From Eledone cirrhosa (lineage: Eukaryota), in contig OZ024740.1 of NCBI GenBank assembly GCA_964016885.1, forward strand, positions 268,150,001 through 268,214,000: 64,000 nt of DNA, read 5' to 3'. The notes beneath the pieces were generated by a model. That model ran no database searches. It worked only from the letters and a program-made list of their open reading frames with translations, and had not been told where the DNA came from. The position numbers and the translations under genes were made by a program. Below, in pieces: positions 41,195 through 59,349 of the stretch (the first letter of the stretch is position 1; every line of letters starts with the position of its first letter).

Positions 41195-42025
41195 CCATCA
41201 TCATCATCGTTAACATCATCATCATCATCGTCATCATCTTCATCATCATCATCATAATCACCATAATCATCATCATCATCATCATCATCATCCTTACCAT
41301 CATCACCATCATTATCAACACAATCATCACCATTACCATCATCATCATCATCATCATCATCATCCGCATCATCACCATCATCACCATCACCACCATCATC
41401 ATTACCATTAGCATCACCATCATCACCATCATCATCGTCATCATCAGCAATAACATCATAATCAGCATCATCACCATGATCGCCATCATTATCATCACCA
41501 TTCCCACCATCATCATCATCATCACCACCACCATCATTATCATCATCACCACCACCATCATCGTCACCACCATCATTATCATCACCATCATCGTCACCAC
41601 CATCATTATCATCACCATTACCATCATCACCATCACCATTACCATCATCACCATCACCATTACCATCATCACCATCACCATTACCCTCATCACCATCACC
41701 ATTACCCTCATCACCATCACCATTACCCTCATCACCATCACCATTACCATCATCACCATCACCATTACCATCATCACCATCACCATTACCATCATCACCA
41801 TCACCATTACCCTCATCACCATCACCATTACCCTCATCACCATCACCATTACCATCATCACCATCACCATTACCATCATCACCATCACCATTACCCTCAT
41901 CACCATCACCATTACCATCATCACCATCACCATTACCATCATCACCATCACCATTACCATCATCACCATCACCATTACCATCATCACCATCACCATTACC
42001 ATCATCATCAACAACATCATAATCA
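40305..42025. repeat. Compound (CAT)n/(CAC)n/(CCT)n microsatellite with a 21-bp higher-order unit at ~41590-42000
   Basis: atcaccatcaccattaccatc / atcaccatcaccattaccctc repeated about 19 times. Confidence 0.9.
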
Positions 42026-42252
42026 ACTTGGCAGGTAGTAGAAAGTTATGAAACAGGTGCGTTTACCTGTGAGTGGGATGCTGGAATGCTATGACCCACA
42101 TCCTACCACTTCAATGTACGTCATCACGTCTAACACATGTAACAGTAACTTGTTTTTTTTATTCTTCATTCAGAGAAACTTTCGTATAAACATGAATATA
42201 TATATGTGTATATATATATATGTGTATATATATATATGTATCTATGTATCTA

Positions 42253-42327
<75 letters not shown>

Positions 42328-42479
42328 ATCTATATATGTGTATCTATATATGTGTATCTATATATATGTGTATCTATATATGTGTGTATATATATATGTG
42401 TATATATATATGTGTATCTATATATGTGTATATATATGTGTGTCTATATATATGTGTATCTATATATGTGTATCTAATA

Positions 42480-43975
42480 TAAGATCAAAAGATGGTTAAA
42501 GGAGTTCCATGTATTTTATTATGCGCATTTCAAAAACAAACATCATCATGCAATAATATTTGTGTTTTCATCAGATAAAACAGGAGAACATGATATGAAA
42601 GCTAAAAAACATTTGTGGATAGTGCAGTTTTAAATCAACATATGAAAAGTGGTTTTAGATTGATGTGTGATATTGGGAAAAATATTTTATTTAGAGAGGG
42701 GGGTGGGGGTGGAAAGGATGAAAAAGGGGAGGAGATGAGAGGGAGAGATGGGTGATAGAGAGAAAGAGATAGTTTTTATAACTGAGAGAAGATATATTGT
42801 TTTACATAGAGAGGTTGAAAACCGTTGGAAGATAATGTATAAATTAAAAGAATTTGAAAATTAACGAAGGGAATTTATGTATGAAGATAGAGAGAAAAAA
42901 TAATAATTGTGGATGAATATTCTAACGTCAAAAAAAGTGTATGTTGATAAGTATTGTGGCAATTTCAAAATTAACGAAGAGTAAAAATTATTAAGGTTTG
43001 TGTGTAGAAGGATTTGAGAAAAATAATGTGAAGTTAAAGTTTGTATATTGAAGGAATTGATATGTGCGAATAAAGAGTTAATATGTATTAAGAATGAGTT
43101 CGTTGATGGGGAGAAAAAAATGATAAATTAAGGATGAAATTGAGATTAAAAAGTTTTATGATAGAGAGAAAAAATAATAATAATTGCGGATGAATATTCT
43201 AACGTCAAAAAAACAAATGTATATGTTATGAAGGATTTTACAAGGTGAAGATAGAAAGAGGGTAATGAGTAAACAAGTATTATAGAGTGTATAATGCCCT
43301 TTGAAGTAAGGTAGGAAGATGGGTATATTTTAAAGAGGTGTATGTATATGTGCCTTTGAGAAAAGATTCTAAATTGATAAAGAATTGAATATTAACTGTA
43401 TACTTTGTGAAAAGTCCTATGGAATTTATGCAGGCAGATAGAAAACAAATCTGTACGTCTATTTATTATAGAATCTAGGTTAGAGATAATGGTAAATTTT
43501 TCATTTAGGCAGAGATTACAGATTTTAGATAGAGAGCTGTTCAAGTATGAGGATGCAGAAGAAACCTTCTTCCAAAAGATGGTATATTTAATGTTTTTGT
43601 CTTTCAAGGACCATATGAGTTCTGAGAGAGCCGTGTTGGTTCTTTTAAGTTTGTATTTGAAAGATGAATAATAAATAGACGTACAGATTTGTTTTCTATC
43701 TGCCTGCATAAATTCCATAGGACTTTTCACAAAGTATACAGTTAATATTCAATTCTTTATCAATTTAGAATCTTTTCTCAAAGGCACATATACATACACC
43801 TCTTTAAAATATACCCATCTTCCTACCTTACTTCAAAGGGCATTATACACTCTATAATACTTGTTTACTCATTACCCTCTTTCTATCTTCACCTTGTAAA
43901 ATCCTTCATAACATATACATTTGTTTTTTTGACGTTAGAATATTCATCCGCAATTATTATTATTTTTTCTCTCTA
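42480..43975 (-). mobile_element. PLE 3' fragment (endonuclease C-terminus plus 3' UTR) with a fold-back 5' end
   Basis: ORF 43730-43392 TALSELIWSLK..I.W..CNLCLNEK..INRRTDL..CLH resembles PLE GIY-YIG C-termini; inverted duplication 43163-43467 / 43669-43975; HHR in the UTR. Confidence 0.75.
42514..42580 (-). ncRNA. Minimal hammerhead ribozyme at a PLE 3' end
   Basis: TTTTAT-CTGATGA-aaaca...tgttttt-GAAA-TGCGCA-TA-ATAAAA; 6-bp stem I, palindromic stem III. Confidence 0.8.
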
Positions 43976-43984
43976 TGAGAGAAT

Positions 43985-45658
43985 TATGTGTATCTATATA
44001 TATGTGTATCTATATATGTGTATATATATATATGTGTATATATATATATATGTGTATCTATATATGTGTATATATATGTGTATATATATATATGTGTATC
44101 TATATATGTGTATCTATATATGTATGTGTATCTATATATGTGTATATATATACATATGTGTATCTATATATATGTGTATCTATATATGTGTATATATATA
44201 TGTGTATCTATATATGTGTATATATATATGTGTGTATCTATATATGTGTATCTATATATATGTGTATATATATATATGTGTGTATCTATAAATGTATATA
44301 TATATGTGTATCTATATATGTGTATATATATATATGTATCTATATATATGTATATATATATGTGTATCTATATATATGTATCTATATATATGTATATATA
44401 TATATATGTATCTATATATGTGTATCTATATATGTGTATCTATATATATGTGTATCTATATATGTGTATATATATATGTATCTATATATGTGTAATATGT
44501 GTATATATATATATATGTGTATCTATATATGTGTATCTATATATATGTATCTATATATGTGTATCTATATATGTGTATCTATATGTGTGTATCTATATAT
44601 ATGTATCTATATATATGTGTATCTATATATGTCTATATGTATATGTGTATCTATATATATGTATATATATATATGTATATATGTATATGTGTATCTATAT
44701 ATATGTATCAATATATGGGTATATCTATATGTGTATCTATATATATATATATATATCAATATATGGGTATATCTATATGTGTATCTATATATGTGTATCT
44801 ATATATGTGTATATATATATGTGTATATATATATGTGTATATATATATATGCGTATCTATATATATGTGTATATATATTTGTGTATCTATATATGTGTAT
44901 CTATATATGTGTATCTATATATGTGTATCTATATATGTGTATCTATATATGCGTATCTATATATGTGTATCTATATATATGTATCAATATATGGGTATAT
45001 CTATATGTGTATCTATATATGTGTATCTATATATGTCTATATAAATATGTGTATCTATATATGTGTATCTCTATATATATGTGCATCTATATATGTGTAT
45101 ATTTATATATGTGTGTATCTATATATGTGTATCTATATATGTGTATCTATATATGTGCAACTATATATGTGTATCTGTGTATCTATATATGTGTATCTAT
45201 ATATGTATATATATATATATGTATATCTATATATATGTATCTATATATATGTATATACAAATGTATTTCCATATATATGTATCTATATATGTGTATCTAT
45301 ACATGTGTATCTATATATATGTGTATCTATATATATGTATATATCTATATATGTGTATCTATATATGTGTATATATATATATGCGTATCCATATATATGT
45401 GTATATATATATGTGTATATATATATGCGTATCTATATATATGTGTATATATATGTGTGGATCTATATATGTGTATCTATATATGTGTATCTATATATGT
45501 GTATCTATATGTGTGTATCTATATATGTGTATCTATATATATGTGTATCTATATATGTCTATCTGTATATGTGTATCTATATATATGTATATATATATAT
45601 ATGTATATATGTATATGTGTATCTATATATATGTATCAATATATGGGTATATATATGA
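43985..45658. repeat. Compound (TA)n-derived minisatellite, 14-18-bp units (tatatatgtgtatc)
   Basis: Directly visible; similar tracts at 42200-42475 and 46728-46930. Confidence 0.9.
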
Positions 45659-45663
45659 CTTAT

Positions 45664-46217
45664 GGGAGAGATGACCCCTTAGCCTTTGTCAAGGCAGAAT
45701 TCTAGGAGAAGGAAAACTCTGATATAACACCTGCAACCCTGATGGTATCCAATGATGTTGACTTGTTCTTCTTTTTGGTAAATATCATTTTGGTTAAGAG
45801 AGTGGGACTGGCTTTGTGCAGTGCCTTTGCTCACTATAAAAGCTTCACAGCACAGGCATTGCTTTATATCTGGAGATCTCTCTGCACTTGTCGTTACATG
45901 GTACCATGGGCCCAGCACTATGTGTCAATAATTGTCACAAGTGTAGTGTTTGTACCAGAGTTTTCAAGTCGCTGGCTGGACTAAAAAGTCACACTTGTTC
46001 AGCGCATCGGTAGAGGTTCTCCTACATTGATATAAAGTAGTGGCCGTACTCGAAAACGAGTTGGCAGCCACCATATGTATGTATGTATATGTATATGTGT
46101 ATGTATGTATATGTATATATGTATGTATGTATATGTGTATATGTATGTATGTATATGTATATATGTATGTATGTATATGTATATATGTATGTATGTGTAT
46201 GTATATATGTATGTATG

Positions 46218-46248
<31 letters not shown>

Positions 46249-46727
46249 ATATATGTATGTATGTATGTATATGTGTGTATATGTATGTATGTATGTATAT
46301 ATATATATATATATCCGGGAGAGATGACCCCTTAGCCTTTGTCAAGGCAGAATTCTAGGAGAAGGAAAACTCTGATATAACACCTGCAACCTTGATGGTA
46401 TCCAATGATGTTGACTTGTTCTTCTTTTTGGTAAATATCATCTTGGTTAAGAGAGTGGGACTGGCTTTGTGCAGTGCCTTTGCTCACTATAAAAGCTTCA
46501 CGGCACAGGCATTGCTTTATATCTGGAGATCTCTCTGCACTTGTCGTCACATGGTACCATGGGCCCAGCACTATGTGTCAATAATTGTCACAAGTGTAGT
46601 GTTTGTACCAGAGTTTTCAAGTCGCTGGCTGGACTAAAAAGTCACACTCATGCAGCGCTTCGGTAGGGGTTCTCCTACATGGATATAAAGTGGTGGCCGT
46701 ACTCGAAAACGAGTTGGCAGCCACCAT
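45664..46727 (+). mobile_element. Two tandem 5'-shortened subfamily-A RTE-derived elements (45664-46074, 46315-46727)
   Basis: Near-identical to 7848-8260; separated by (ATGT)n/(AT)n. Confidence 0.85.
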
Positions 46728-47025
46728 ATATATGTGTATCTATATCTGTGTATCTATATCTGTGTATCTATATATGTGTATCTATATATGTGTATCTATA
46801 TATCTGCATATATATATGTGTATCTTTATATGTGTATCTATATATGTGTATCTCTATATGTGTATCTATATATGTGTATATATATGTGCGTATCTAAATA
46901 TGTGTATTTATAAATGTGTATCTATATATGTTTGTAAATATTTGCCTATTCACGGTCTCCATATATATACACACACATACATACACACAAACGCGCGCGT
47001 ACACACACACACACACACACAGACA

Positions 47026-47073
<48 letters not shown>

Positions 47074-47156
47074 GACACACACATATATATATATATATAG
47101 AGAGAGCATTCGTTAGCTTGCCCGCAACCAGAGCATCGATTATGCTGTTCTACTTG

Positions 47157-47199
<43 letters not shown>

Positions 47200-47202
<3 letters not shown>

Positions 47203-47418
47203 AGAAAGTGAGACCCGACGGCAGAGCTCAAGCCGTTTCGACGGCTATTTCTGGACTAAAGTAAAAGTTTTTAGTCAGACTAAAAACTCTTACTTTAGTC
47301 CAGAAATAGCCGTCGAAATGGTTTGAGCTCGCCGTCGGGATCATACTTTCTCCTATTACCCACTGTACTACCCTGAGCATTGAGTACTCTGGTGCGTTAT
47401 GGTCCATCTGGTTCCTTA
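47200..47418 (+). mobile_element. Fold-back element (hairpin 47200-47354, centre ~47277) plus tail within (TA)n
   Basis: ggagaaagt..cccgacggcagagctcaagccgtttcgacggctatttctggactaaagt and its reverse complement. Confidence 0.75.
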
Positions 47419-48191
47419 TATATATATATATTGCTCCTCTTGTGGCTCCCTGACCGTCAAAGCTACAGCAAACTAAAAACCAAATGTGTATATGAAAAGG
47501 TAAGTATGTATCTGTCCCACGCACATCTCGTTGCAGGTCGTGAAGAAAAGAATTTATTAACTGCGGATCAACTCCTTCAATTGTACAATCACACATACAC
47601 ACACATCTCTCTCTCGTTCTCTCTTTCTACCCGCCACCCGCCTCTCTCTCTCTCCGAAACATCTAAGATGATCCACTGAAAAATCTAGGATGTTACAGCG
47701 AGAAGGAAAGAGGGCAGCAGAAGCACTGGACTGATATTTTCTTTAGCAACACCGATGAAAGGTTGGTGTTATTTGAACTCAGAATGCATATTTATTCCAG
47801 AATCTGGTATAAATATGCAACGCTTCAACCACTTAGCCAAATCGACCAAATCAGCTATTAAGCAGTTATTTCAATGACACCAAAATCTTGTAAAATAATT
47901 TAAAACTCTGTCTAATTCAACATTATGTCCAGTATTATGGGGCCTTTCAGAAGCATATGCAGGAAAATATGTTAATGTTTGATATTATATATATATAGTT
48001 ATGTAATAAACAACGTAAGATAAGTATTTCATTTACCAGTAGTTTCTTGAAGACAGATATTTATATGTCTTCATTCATCAGAATGAATAACATAGAATAA
48101 AATAATTATCTCATGTTGTTTATTACATAACTAAAAAGGTATGTAGCCTACATAGAACACTTTCTTTTCCTTTACCTTTCCTACGGATTAC

Positions 48192-48283
<92 letters not shown>

Positions 48284-48684
48284 TTTAATGTTCGTTCTCT
48301 GGTGTTTTGGTAACTAACTTTGTAATTTAATCCATGCCTTAGATTCATGCAGAATTCCCTAGTGAAACTGTGGTACACAATTTATTACATAGTTACCCAC
48401 AAGCACGCATACATACACGTCAATAAATATCAATATATGTTTGGGACATACATACACAGACTTGAGTAAGTGTATACATCTATGTAAAGAAAGAAGGTTG
48501 ACTCCACTACTTCTTGACATACAGGCAATCAGGCAATAGATAAATATATAGATACAGAGATAGGTAGGTAGATAGAGAGTTAGATTGATATATTGATAGA
48601 GAGATAAACAGATAAACAGATATATTGATAGATGGATGGATAGATGCATAGATGGATACATCTATAGATAGATAGATAGATATG

Positions 48685-51585
48685 TTACTTTATTAGCCAC
48701 AGGGGCACAAATGAAGGGGAGAAATACAAAGGGGGAAGTTTACATACAATAAAAACGTGTAAAATACTATCACAAATGCAATTTAAAAAACAATCGATTT
48801 TCCCCAATAGGGTGAGACATTACATATGGGTAACACATCCGCCCGAAAAAATGTGCAACACTCATCTCCAGGAGTACGAAGAGTGAATATCCCCTTCCTC
48901 TCTTCCTCTTTTTCATCAACCTACAGGCTGATATAGAGAGAATGCCCATTCACTCGGGCCATTCTCGCCACTTTCACCCACCTTTCATAAAACTTGCTGG
49001 GGTACAGCACCTCTCTCTCCATCCTGATTCTTCTTCCAAAGTAGTATTTGAAAAAAAGAATCAGTTGTTGGCCGGAGAGAAAGGTGTCTGACCTCACCCC
49101 TTTTAACCTCGTCCACCATATAACCTCTTTCCCCAAAGCCATAACACATAGGAAAACCGCCTCTCCTTCATTTTTGAAGGATGGTTGATCATGACAATGG
49201 AGTCGGTGGTCAACTGGATTGGTCCCACCCGCGACAATAGTCGATCTACATAGCCCCACAGGTCCGTAACGCCCGGGCAGTGTACAAATGCGTGCGCGAC
49301 GGTTTCGGACAGATCTTTTTCGAAGGGTCCCTGCTCAGGCGCCCGTGTCTGTAGAGCTCCTCGGTAGCACTGCCAGGCCAGGGACTTTTGGAAGTTGTCC
49401 ATCGGTCTCGGGCGGAAGGTCCTACGGAACAGACTGGCCAGTTCGTCCTCCTCTACGCCCAGAATATTTCCTAGCGCGTTGTCGCACCTGCTGGGGACTA
49501 ACCCTCTATAGAATGACGAAGTGGAGTCTCCACCGATCGCCGGGTCCGTTTGCCAGAGGACTGTGAGAGCCTGAGCACATTCGATGTGCCAGTCGCCCAT
49601 TTTCCTCGGTCTTTGCTTGACCCAAGACTGCAGCTCGGTCAGCGAGTCTAATGTAACTGCCCTCTTGAGAGAGTACCACCATATGTTGTTGACAATGGCC
49701 CCCGTCAAGTGCTGCTTAACTAAAGTGTTAATCCGTCTACTGTAGGATTTGCATGTCGGTAACGACAAGTTCAGCTTCCAGTAGCCGGGTCCCTGTCTAT
49801 GGGTTCTATCAAGGTTGACTAAGCAGGTCACTAGTTTGTGATTGAATAGGCAACCATGAACATTTGTGGACAGCTTAACATGTCCCTATCACTAACTCTA
49901 ACTAGAAACCTATCTGGGACTATCTAGATGTTCTGCTGTGGTTGGTGTACGTCCACAGTGGCACAGTTGGTAAATCTAGTCGATATCTATCGGCCAGTTG
50001 AAATCGGCCGGTTAACTGTTTGAGGCTGTTACACCCCCTCTATCGGGACATGCTCCCACATAGTGCCAACGTGCTTCTAGGATTCCATTCCAGTCCCCCA
50101 CTAACAGCAGACGTTTGAACAAGTCTGGCCGCGGTGTCGCAGATGTGGCATATGCGGCCACCAGCCTGAAAGCTCCACCTTCACTACCGTCAACGTCTAG
50201 GCCCACCAGTCGACCCTACAGGTCCAGATGTACCGTCTGTGTTACGAGGTCTTGGTGTTTCCGCAGCAAAACCGCAACCCCGCCCCAACTCCCGGCTGAC
50301 AGAGAGATGCGTAGTTCTCAAAGTCGTCGAAGATGGGGGCCAGCTGTCGCTCGCTGTGGATCCTGGACTCGCAAATGGCTACTACATCCATACTGTGCGA
50401 CCTGATGTCGTTTAAGAGTTTGCCCTGTTTCCAGGGCATCCCCAGGCCACGTACATTCACACATCCAACTCTTATATTGGCCATGTTGGTGCTGAAAAGT
50501 TAAAAGAAGAGAAAAAGAAATCACTCACCTCTTCGTCTTCTGGGGACCAGGCTGCACAATTTCCATGGGGATGTTGGAGGGGTTGTTTGGTGGGGTGGTG
50601 GTTTCTGGCAGGGTGGGGACTTATAGGTGTCCGTAGAGACCCTAATCATCTTTAAATTGGGTCTGTCTACACAGTTCGAAAAAGTTTTCCCTTCGGTGAA
50701 AACCGAAGGGTCGTTGGAGATAACCTCCATTAGAATTTTCTTTTCACTGTTTATGTATGTGTAATGTTCTTGTTCTATTGTGTTGGTTTTTGTCTGTTGT
50801 TCTTGTGTGTGTTTTCGTTTTGTTGTAGGTGTTTGTGTTTGGAGTGTTGTTGTTTTGTTTTCAGGAGGAGGGATTTTTTTTGTAATGTTTGTGTTGTTTG
50901 TGTTGGTGGTTGTGTATTTGTTGCCTTTTTGTTCGTGTTATGTTTTTTTCCCCTTTTGGAGGGAAGGGGTTCTCCCTCTCCATCACTGAGTGATGATGAG
51001 GAGGCCTCGTCCGTTGTGGTGTCTGTGTGATTGGGGAAGGGTACGTTTTGGAGAGCTGTTGTGCTTGTGGGTGTTTTTGGAGTTGTTTTAGGCGGGGAGG
51101 GGTTAGGTGGGACTGTGTTTGCGGTTTGGTTTGTTTTGTTTATTTTTGTGTGTTGTTGTTGTTGTGGTGGTGGTTGTGTTGTTGTGCTGGGTGTCGGCAG
51201 TAGTGCCTTTTTTTCGCAGTTAATTGAGGACAGGAAGCCCTCAGGTGACCAATTCTTAAACAGTGGTAACATGAAGGCCGCCTACCCTCAACAGAAATGT
51301 TTATGTAGGAAACTCCATTCAGAGGCACACGTTGTGGGATTCTAGCTATTCGTTCTGGCCTCATTTGGACCAGAACTTCTAAGCTAGTACCGTTAAATAT
51401 ACTCCTGGAGGACATTCCCACCGAAATTATTGTGTCTTCATCAAAGTTGATAAAGCCACTCAATATCCACCAGATATTTACATTTGGTGTGATGATCGTT
51501 ACCCTTATTTTTGGGGTCCTTTTTCCCATATATGTGGTGGAAAAGGTGTAGAGGGAGGACACAATTGACTACACATTGGTAAACT
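48685..51585 (-). mobile_element. Tx1-clade LINE, internally deleted and decayed: ORF1 (CCHC), APE endonuclease, C-terminal domain; RT missing
   Basis: CYHCLRIGHLRASC; MANIRVGCVNVRGL..DVVAICES; LLVGDWN; GPGYWKLNLSL; FQKSLAW..ETVAHAFVHCP; (GATA)n on both sides. Confidence 0.85.
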
Positions 51586-51629
51586 GTTAGATAGATGAAT
51601 AGATAGATACATAAATAAATAGATAAATT

Positions 51630-53028
51630 TATTTATTAGCCACAAGGGCACAACAGAAGGGGACAAATACAAATGGGGAGTTTACATACAGGTATATGAA
51701 AATAAAACTATTAATACAATAACAAATAACAATTGAAATCCCCAATAGGGGGGAGGTGTTACACAGGGGTTGTACACACCCCGAAAAAATGTACAACCCT
51801 CATCTCCAGGAGCACCAAGAGTGAATACTCCCTTCCTCTCTTCCTCTTTTTCCTCAACCTACAGGCTTATATAGAGAGAAGGCCCAACCACTCGGGCCAT
51901 CTTTGCCATATTCACCCACCTTTTATAAAATTTGCTGGGGTACAGCACCTCTCTCTCTCCATCCTGATTCTTCTTCCAAAATGATATTTGAAAAAACGAA
52001 TCAGTTGCTCGCCGGAGAGAATATCATAAATAAATAAATAGATAGATAGATAAATAGATAGATTGATAGATCGATAGCTAAATAGCTAGCTAGCTAGATA
52101 GATATCTTTCCTTATTTGCCACAAAGGCGTAGAAAAACGGGGGTTTTACATAAAAATCATTAACATTAATAAATAACAATAAACTATATATAATAAAATA
52201 ACAATTGAAATCCCCAATAGGGGGGAACATTACTGCGTGATTGTTTTACACCCCGTGGATAGAACAACCCTCAACACCAGGAACACGTTTTGTAGGTGTT
52301 TCCGTTTTCCCTCTATTTATCTTCCTCAACCTACAGGTTTATATACAGAGTAGGCCCATTCACTCGGTCCATTTTCTCCACATTCACCCACCTTTCAGCG
52401 AATTTACTGGGATGTAGCACCTCTCTCTCCACTCCCACTTTCCTTCTGAAGTGGTACTTAAAGAAGGGGATAAGTTGTTGTCCGGAGAGAAAGGTGTTTG
52501 CCCTCAGTTCTTTTAACCTCGTCCACCATATTACCTCTTTCGCGATAGCCACCAGACAGAGGAAGACCTCCTCTCCTTCATTCTTAAATGAAGGAGGCGG
52601 GTTGATCCTCACGATGAACTCAGCTGACAACTAGATATGTCCCACACGTGACAGTAGCTGTTCGACATAATTCCACCCCTGGGCACTGAACAATTACGTG
52701 CAGAACCGTTTCGATGTCCTGCTTGCATCTTAGACAGGTCCTTTTGGCAGGATCTCTGCCAGGGCGTCCGTGCCTGTAGATTTTGTCTCGAACTGGTAGA
52801 GCTCCTCGGTAGCACTGCCAGGCCAGAGACCTCTGGAAGGTATCCATAGGCCCTGGACGAAAGTCCTCCCGAACAGACTGGTCAGTTCGTCCTCCTCGAT
52901 GCCTAGAGTTTCCCCGAGAACATCGTCGCACCTATCCTCCACTAATCCCCTTTAGAATGTCGAAGTGGAGTCTCTGCTGATTGCCGTTTCCGCTTGGTAG
53001 AGGACTGTGAACGCCTGAAGGCACTCGA
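51630..53028 (-). mobile_element. Two further Tx1-like 3' fragments (51630-52020, 52105-53028) in (GATA)n
   Basis: FQRSLAWQCYRGALPVRDK..CLRCKQDIETVLHVIVQCP; AKEVIWWTRLK; GATA spacers. Confidence 0.85.
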
Positions 53029-53461
53029 TAGATAGACAGATAGATAGATGGATACACAAATATATAGATCGGTGGATGGATAGAGGCAAAGATAGACAGA
53101 TAGATATATAGATAGACAGACAGACAGATAGGCAGATAAATAGAAAAACAGATATATAGCTGGATGGATGACTAGATGGTTAGATAGATGGATAAATCGA
53201 TAGCCGGATAGACATAAACTGTTACCATTATTCCTAGTGTTTTTCATCGATTTACATCTTTCTCCTCCCCTTCCTCTCTATTTCCTTTTATTTTCGACGT
53301 TTTCATTTGTCTTTCAGTCTTTATTATCCTATTTTCCCGCCCCCTAAAAGCTTTCACTCCATTCTCTCCCTCTTTCCCTTCCCCTTCTCTCTCTATATAA
53401 ATATATATTTATTTGTCCATCTCTACGCGAGTGTTCGTGTGGTCATATTTGTGTACACAGG

Positions 53462-53493
<32 letters not shown>

Positions 53494-53499
53494 TGTATG

Positions 53500-53533
<34 letters not shown>

Positions 53534-53568
53534 TGTATGTATGTATGTATGCCAATATGTATGTATGT

Positions 53569-53720
53569 ATGTCAATAATTGTCACAAGTGTAGTGTTTGT
53601 ACCAGAGTTTTCAAGTCGCTGGCTGGACTAAAAAGTCACACACATTCAGCGCATCGGTAGGGTTCTCCTACATGGATATAAAGTAGTGGCCGTACTCGAA
53701 AACGAGTTGGCAGCCACCAT
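53569..53720 (+). mobile_element. Short 3' fragment of the subfamily-A RTE derivative
   Basis: [20 protein letters not shown] segment between (ATGT)n tracts. Confidence 0.8.
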
Positions 53721-53745
53721 GTATGTATGCATGTATGTATATATC

Positions 53746-57757
<4,012 letters not shown>

Positions 57758-57762
57758 TACAC

Positions 57763-57859
<97 letters not shown>

Positions 57860-57865
57860 CATATA

Positions 57866-57912
<47 letters not shown>

Positions 57913-57940
57913 CATATATATATATATATACTCACACACA

Positions 57941-58086
<146 letters not shown>

Positions 58087-58189
58087 TTGTATGTATATAA
58101 ATACCTCACACTCACACAAAATACTATTTTTCCTGACCTGGTTTTAAGATCGAAATACCGAACATCTCACTGTTTCTAAGCACGTGTAA

Positions 58190-58260
58190 TCTCTACGTGG
58201 TCGCTTAACCGGCTAGAAACATCACCCATATCTCCCTCAAATTAAAATCTACCGTCCCAT
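58190..58260 (-). repeat. Diverged interspersed (SINE-type) fragment similar to the satellite monomer
   Basis: Minus strand gagggagatatgggtgatgtttctagccggttaagcgaccacgtagag. Confidence 0.5.
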
Positions 58261-58346
58261 ATACTATCCCAAGATAAACGTTTTATATATAACGATTGGA
58301 TTGTTATTGCTGAAATGCTTTAAACCATACATCTGATCTGGGACTG

Positions 58347-58378
<32 letters not shown>

Positions 58379-58778
58379 GAAACAATAACAACAACAACAA
58401 CAACAACAACAAATGTATAAGCTTTAATATATCCTCTCTTTAATATCACAAGTTTGAAATTCTATATATTCCCATCGGAGGTAATAAAGAATATCTCGTT
58501 ACAAAATAGTTGCCAACCATAGAACGGTGTCCATTCTTAGCTACATACAAAATACTGCATACTATATACATTATACATCATAGGTACATTACAACATACA
58601 ACATGTTACATACAATATATAAATATAACAATAAAAACAATATCAATAGCAACAGCAATAACAAACAAGTAAAGCAGATCTGCATTTGCAATTAGCAATT
58701 CACTCTTTAGTTTTTCTTACACACGAACTGGCATAAGCAGACACGCACAAATACACACCCGCACACTCACATACATAC

Positions 58779-58842
<64 letters not shown>

Positions 58843-58895
58843 TCATATATACATATGTATGTACATATATATATGTATGTATGTACACATACATA

Positions 58896-58991
<96 letters not shown>

Positions 58992-59184
58992 TGTATGTAT
59001 GTGTACATAGATATATATATATATGCATACATATGTATATATGTGTGTGTGTGTATATATATATACGTATGCATATATATATGTATACATATACATATAT
59101 ATGTATACATATATACATATGTACATATATATATATACGTATACATACATATGTCTCTATCACTCTCTCTGTATATATGTATAT

Positions 59185-59234
<50 letters not shown>

Positions 59235-59238
<4 letters not shown>

Positions 59239-59347
59239 CCCGCCGAGGTTAACTTTGCCTTTCATCCTTACGGGGTCGATAAAATAAAGTACCAGTAATA
59301 TACTGGATAATTTGATGGCCTTGTGCCAAAAAGTAGAAACAATATTA
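59235..59347 (+). mobile_element. 5'-truncated OK-type SINE
   Basis: aaatcccgccgaggttaactttgcc...agtagaaacaatatt. Confidence 0.8.
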
Positions 59348-59349
59348 CA

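Noticed and set aside
40293-42051. Poly-Met/His/Ile ORFs
   Set aside because: Trinucleotide microsatellite; no splice or domain evidence
43975-45705. 576-aa and 556-aa ORFs
   Set aside because: Stop-free translations of TA/TG minisatellite in several frames
47998-48130. Short imperfect inverted repeat
   Set aside because: AT-rich ~30-bp arms with no family or ribozyme motif recognised
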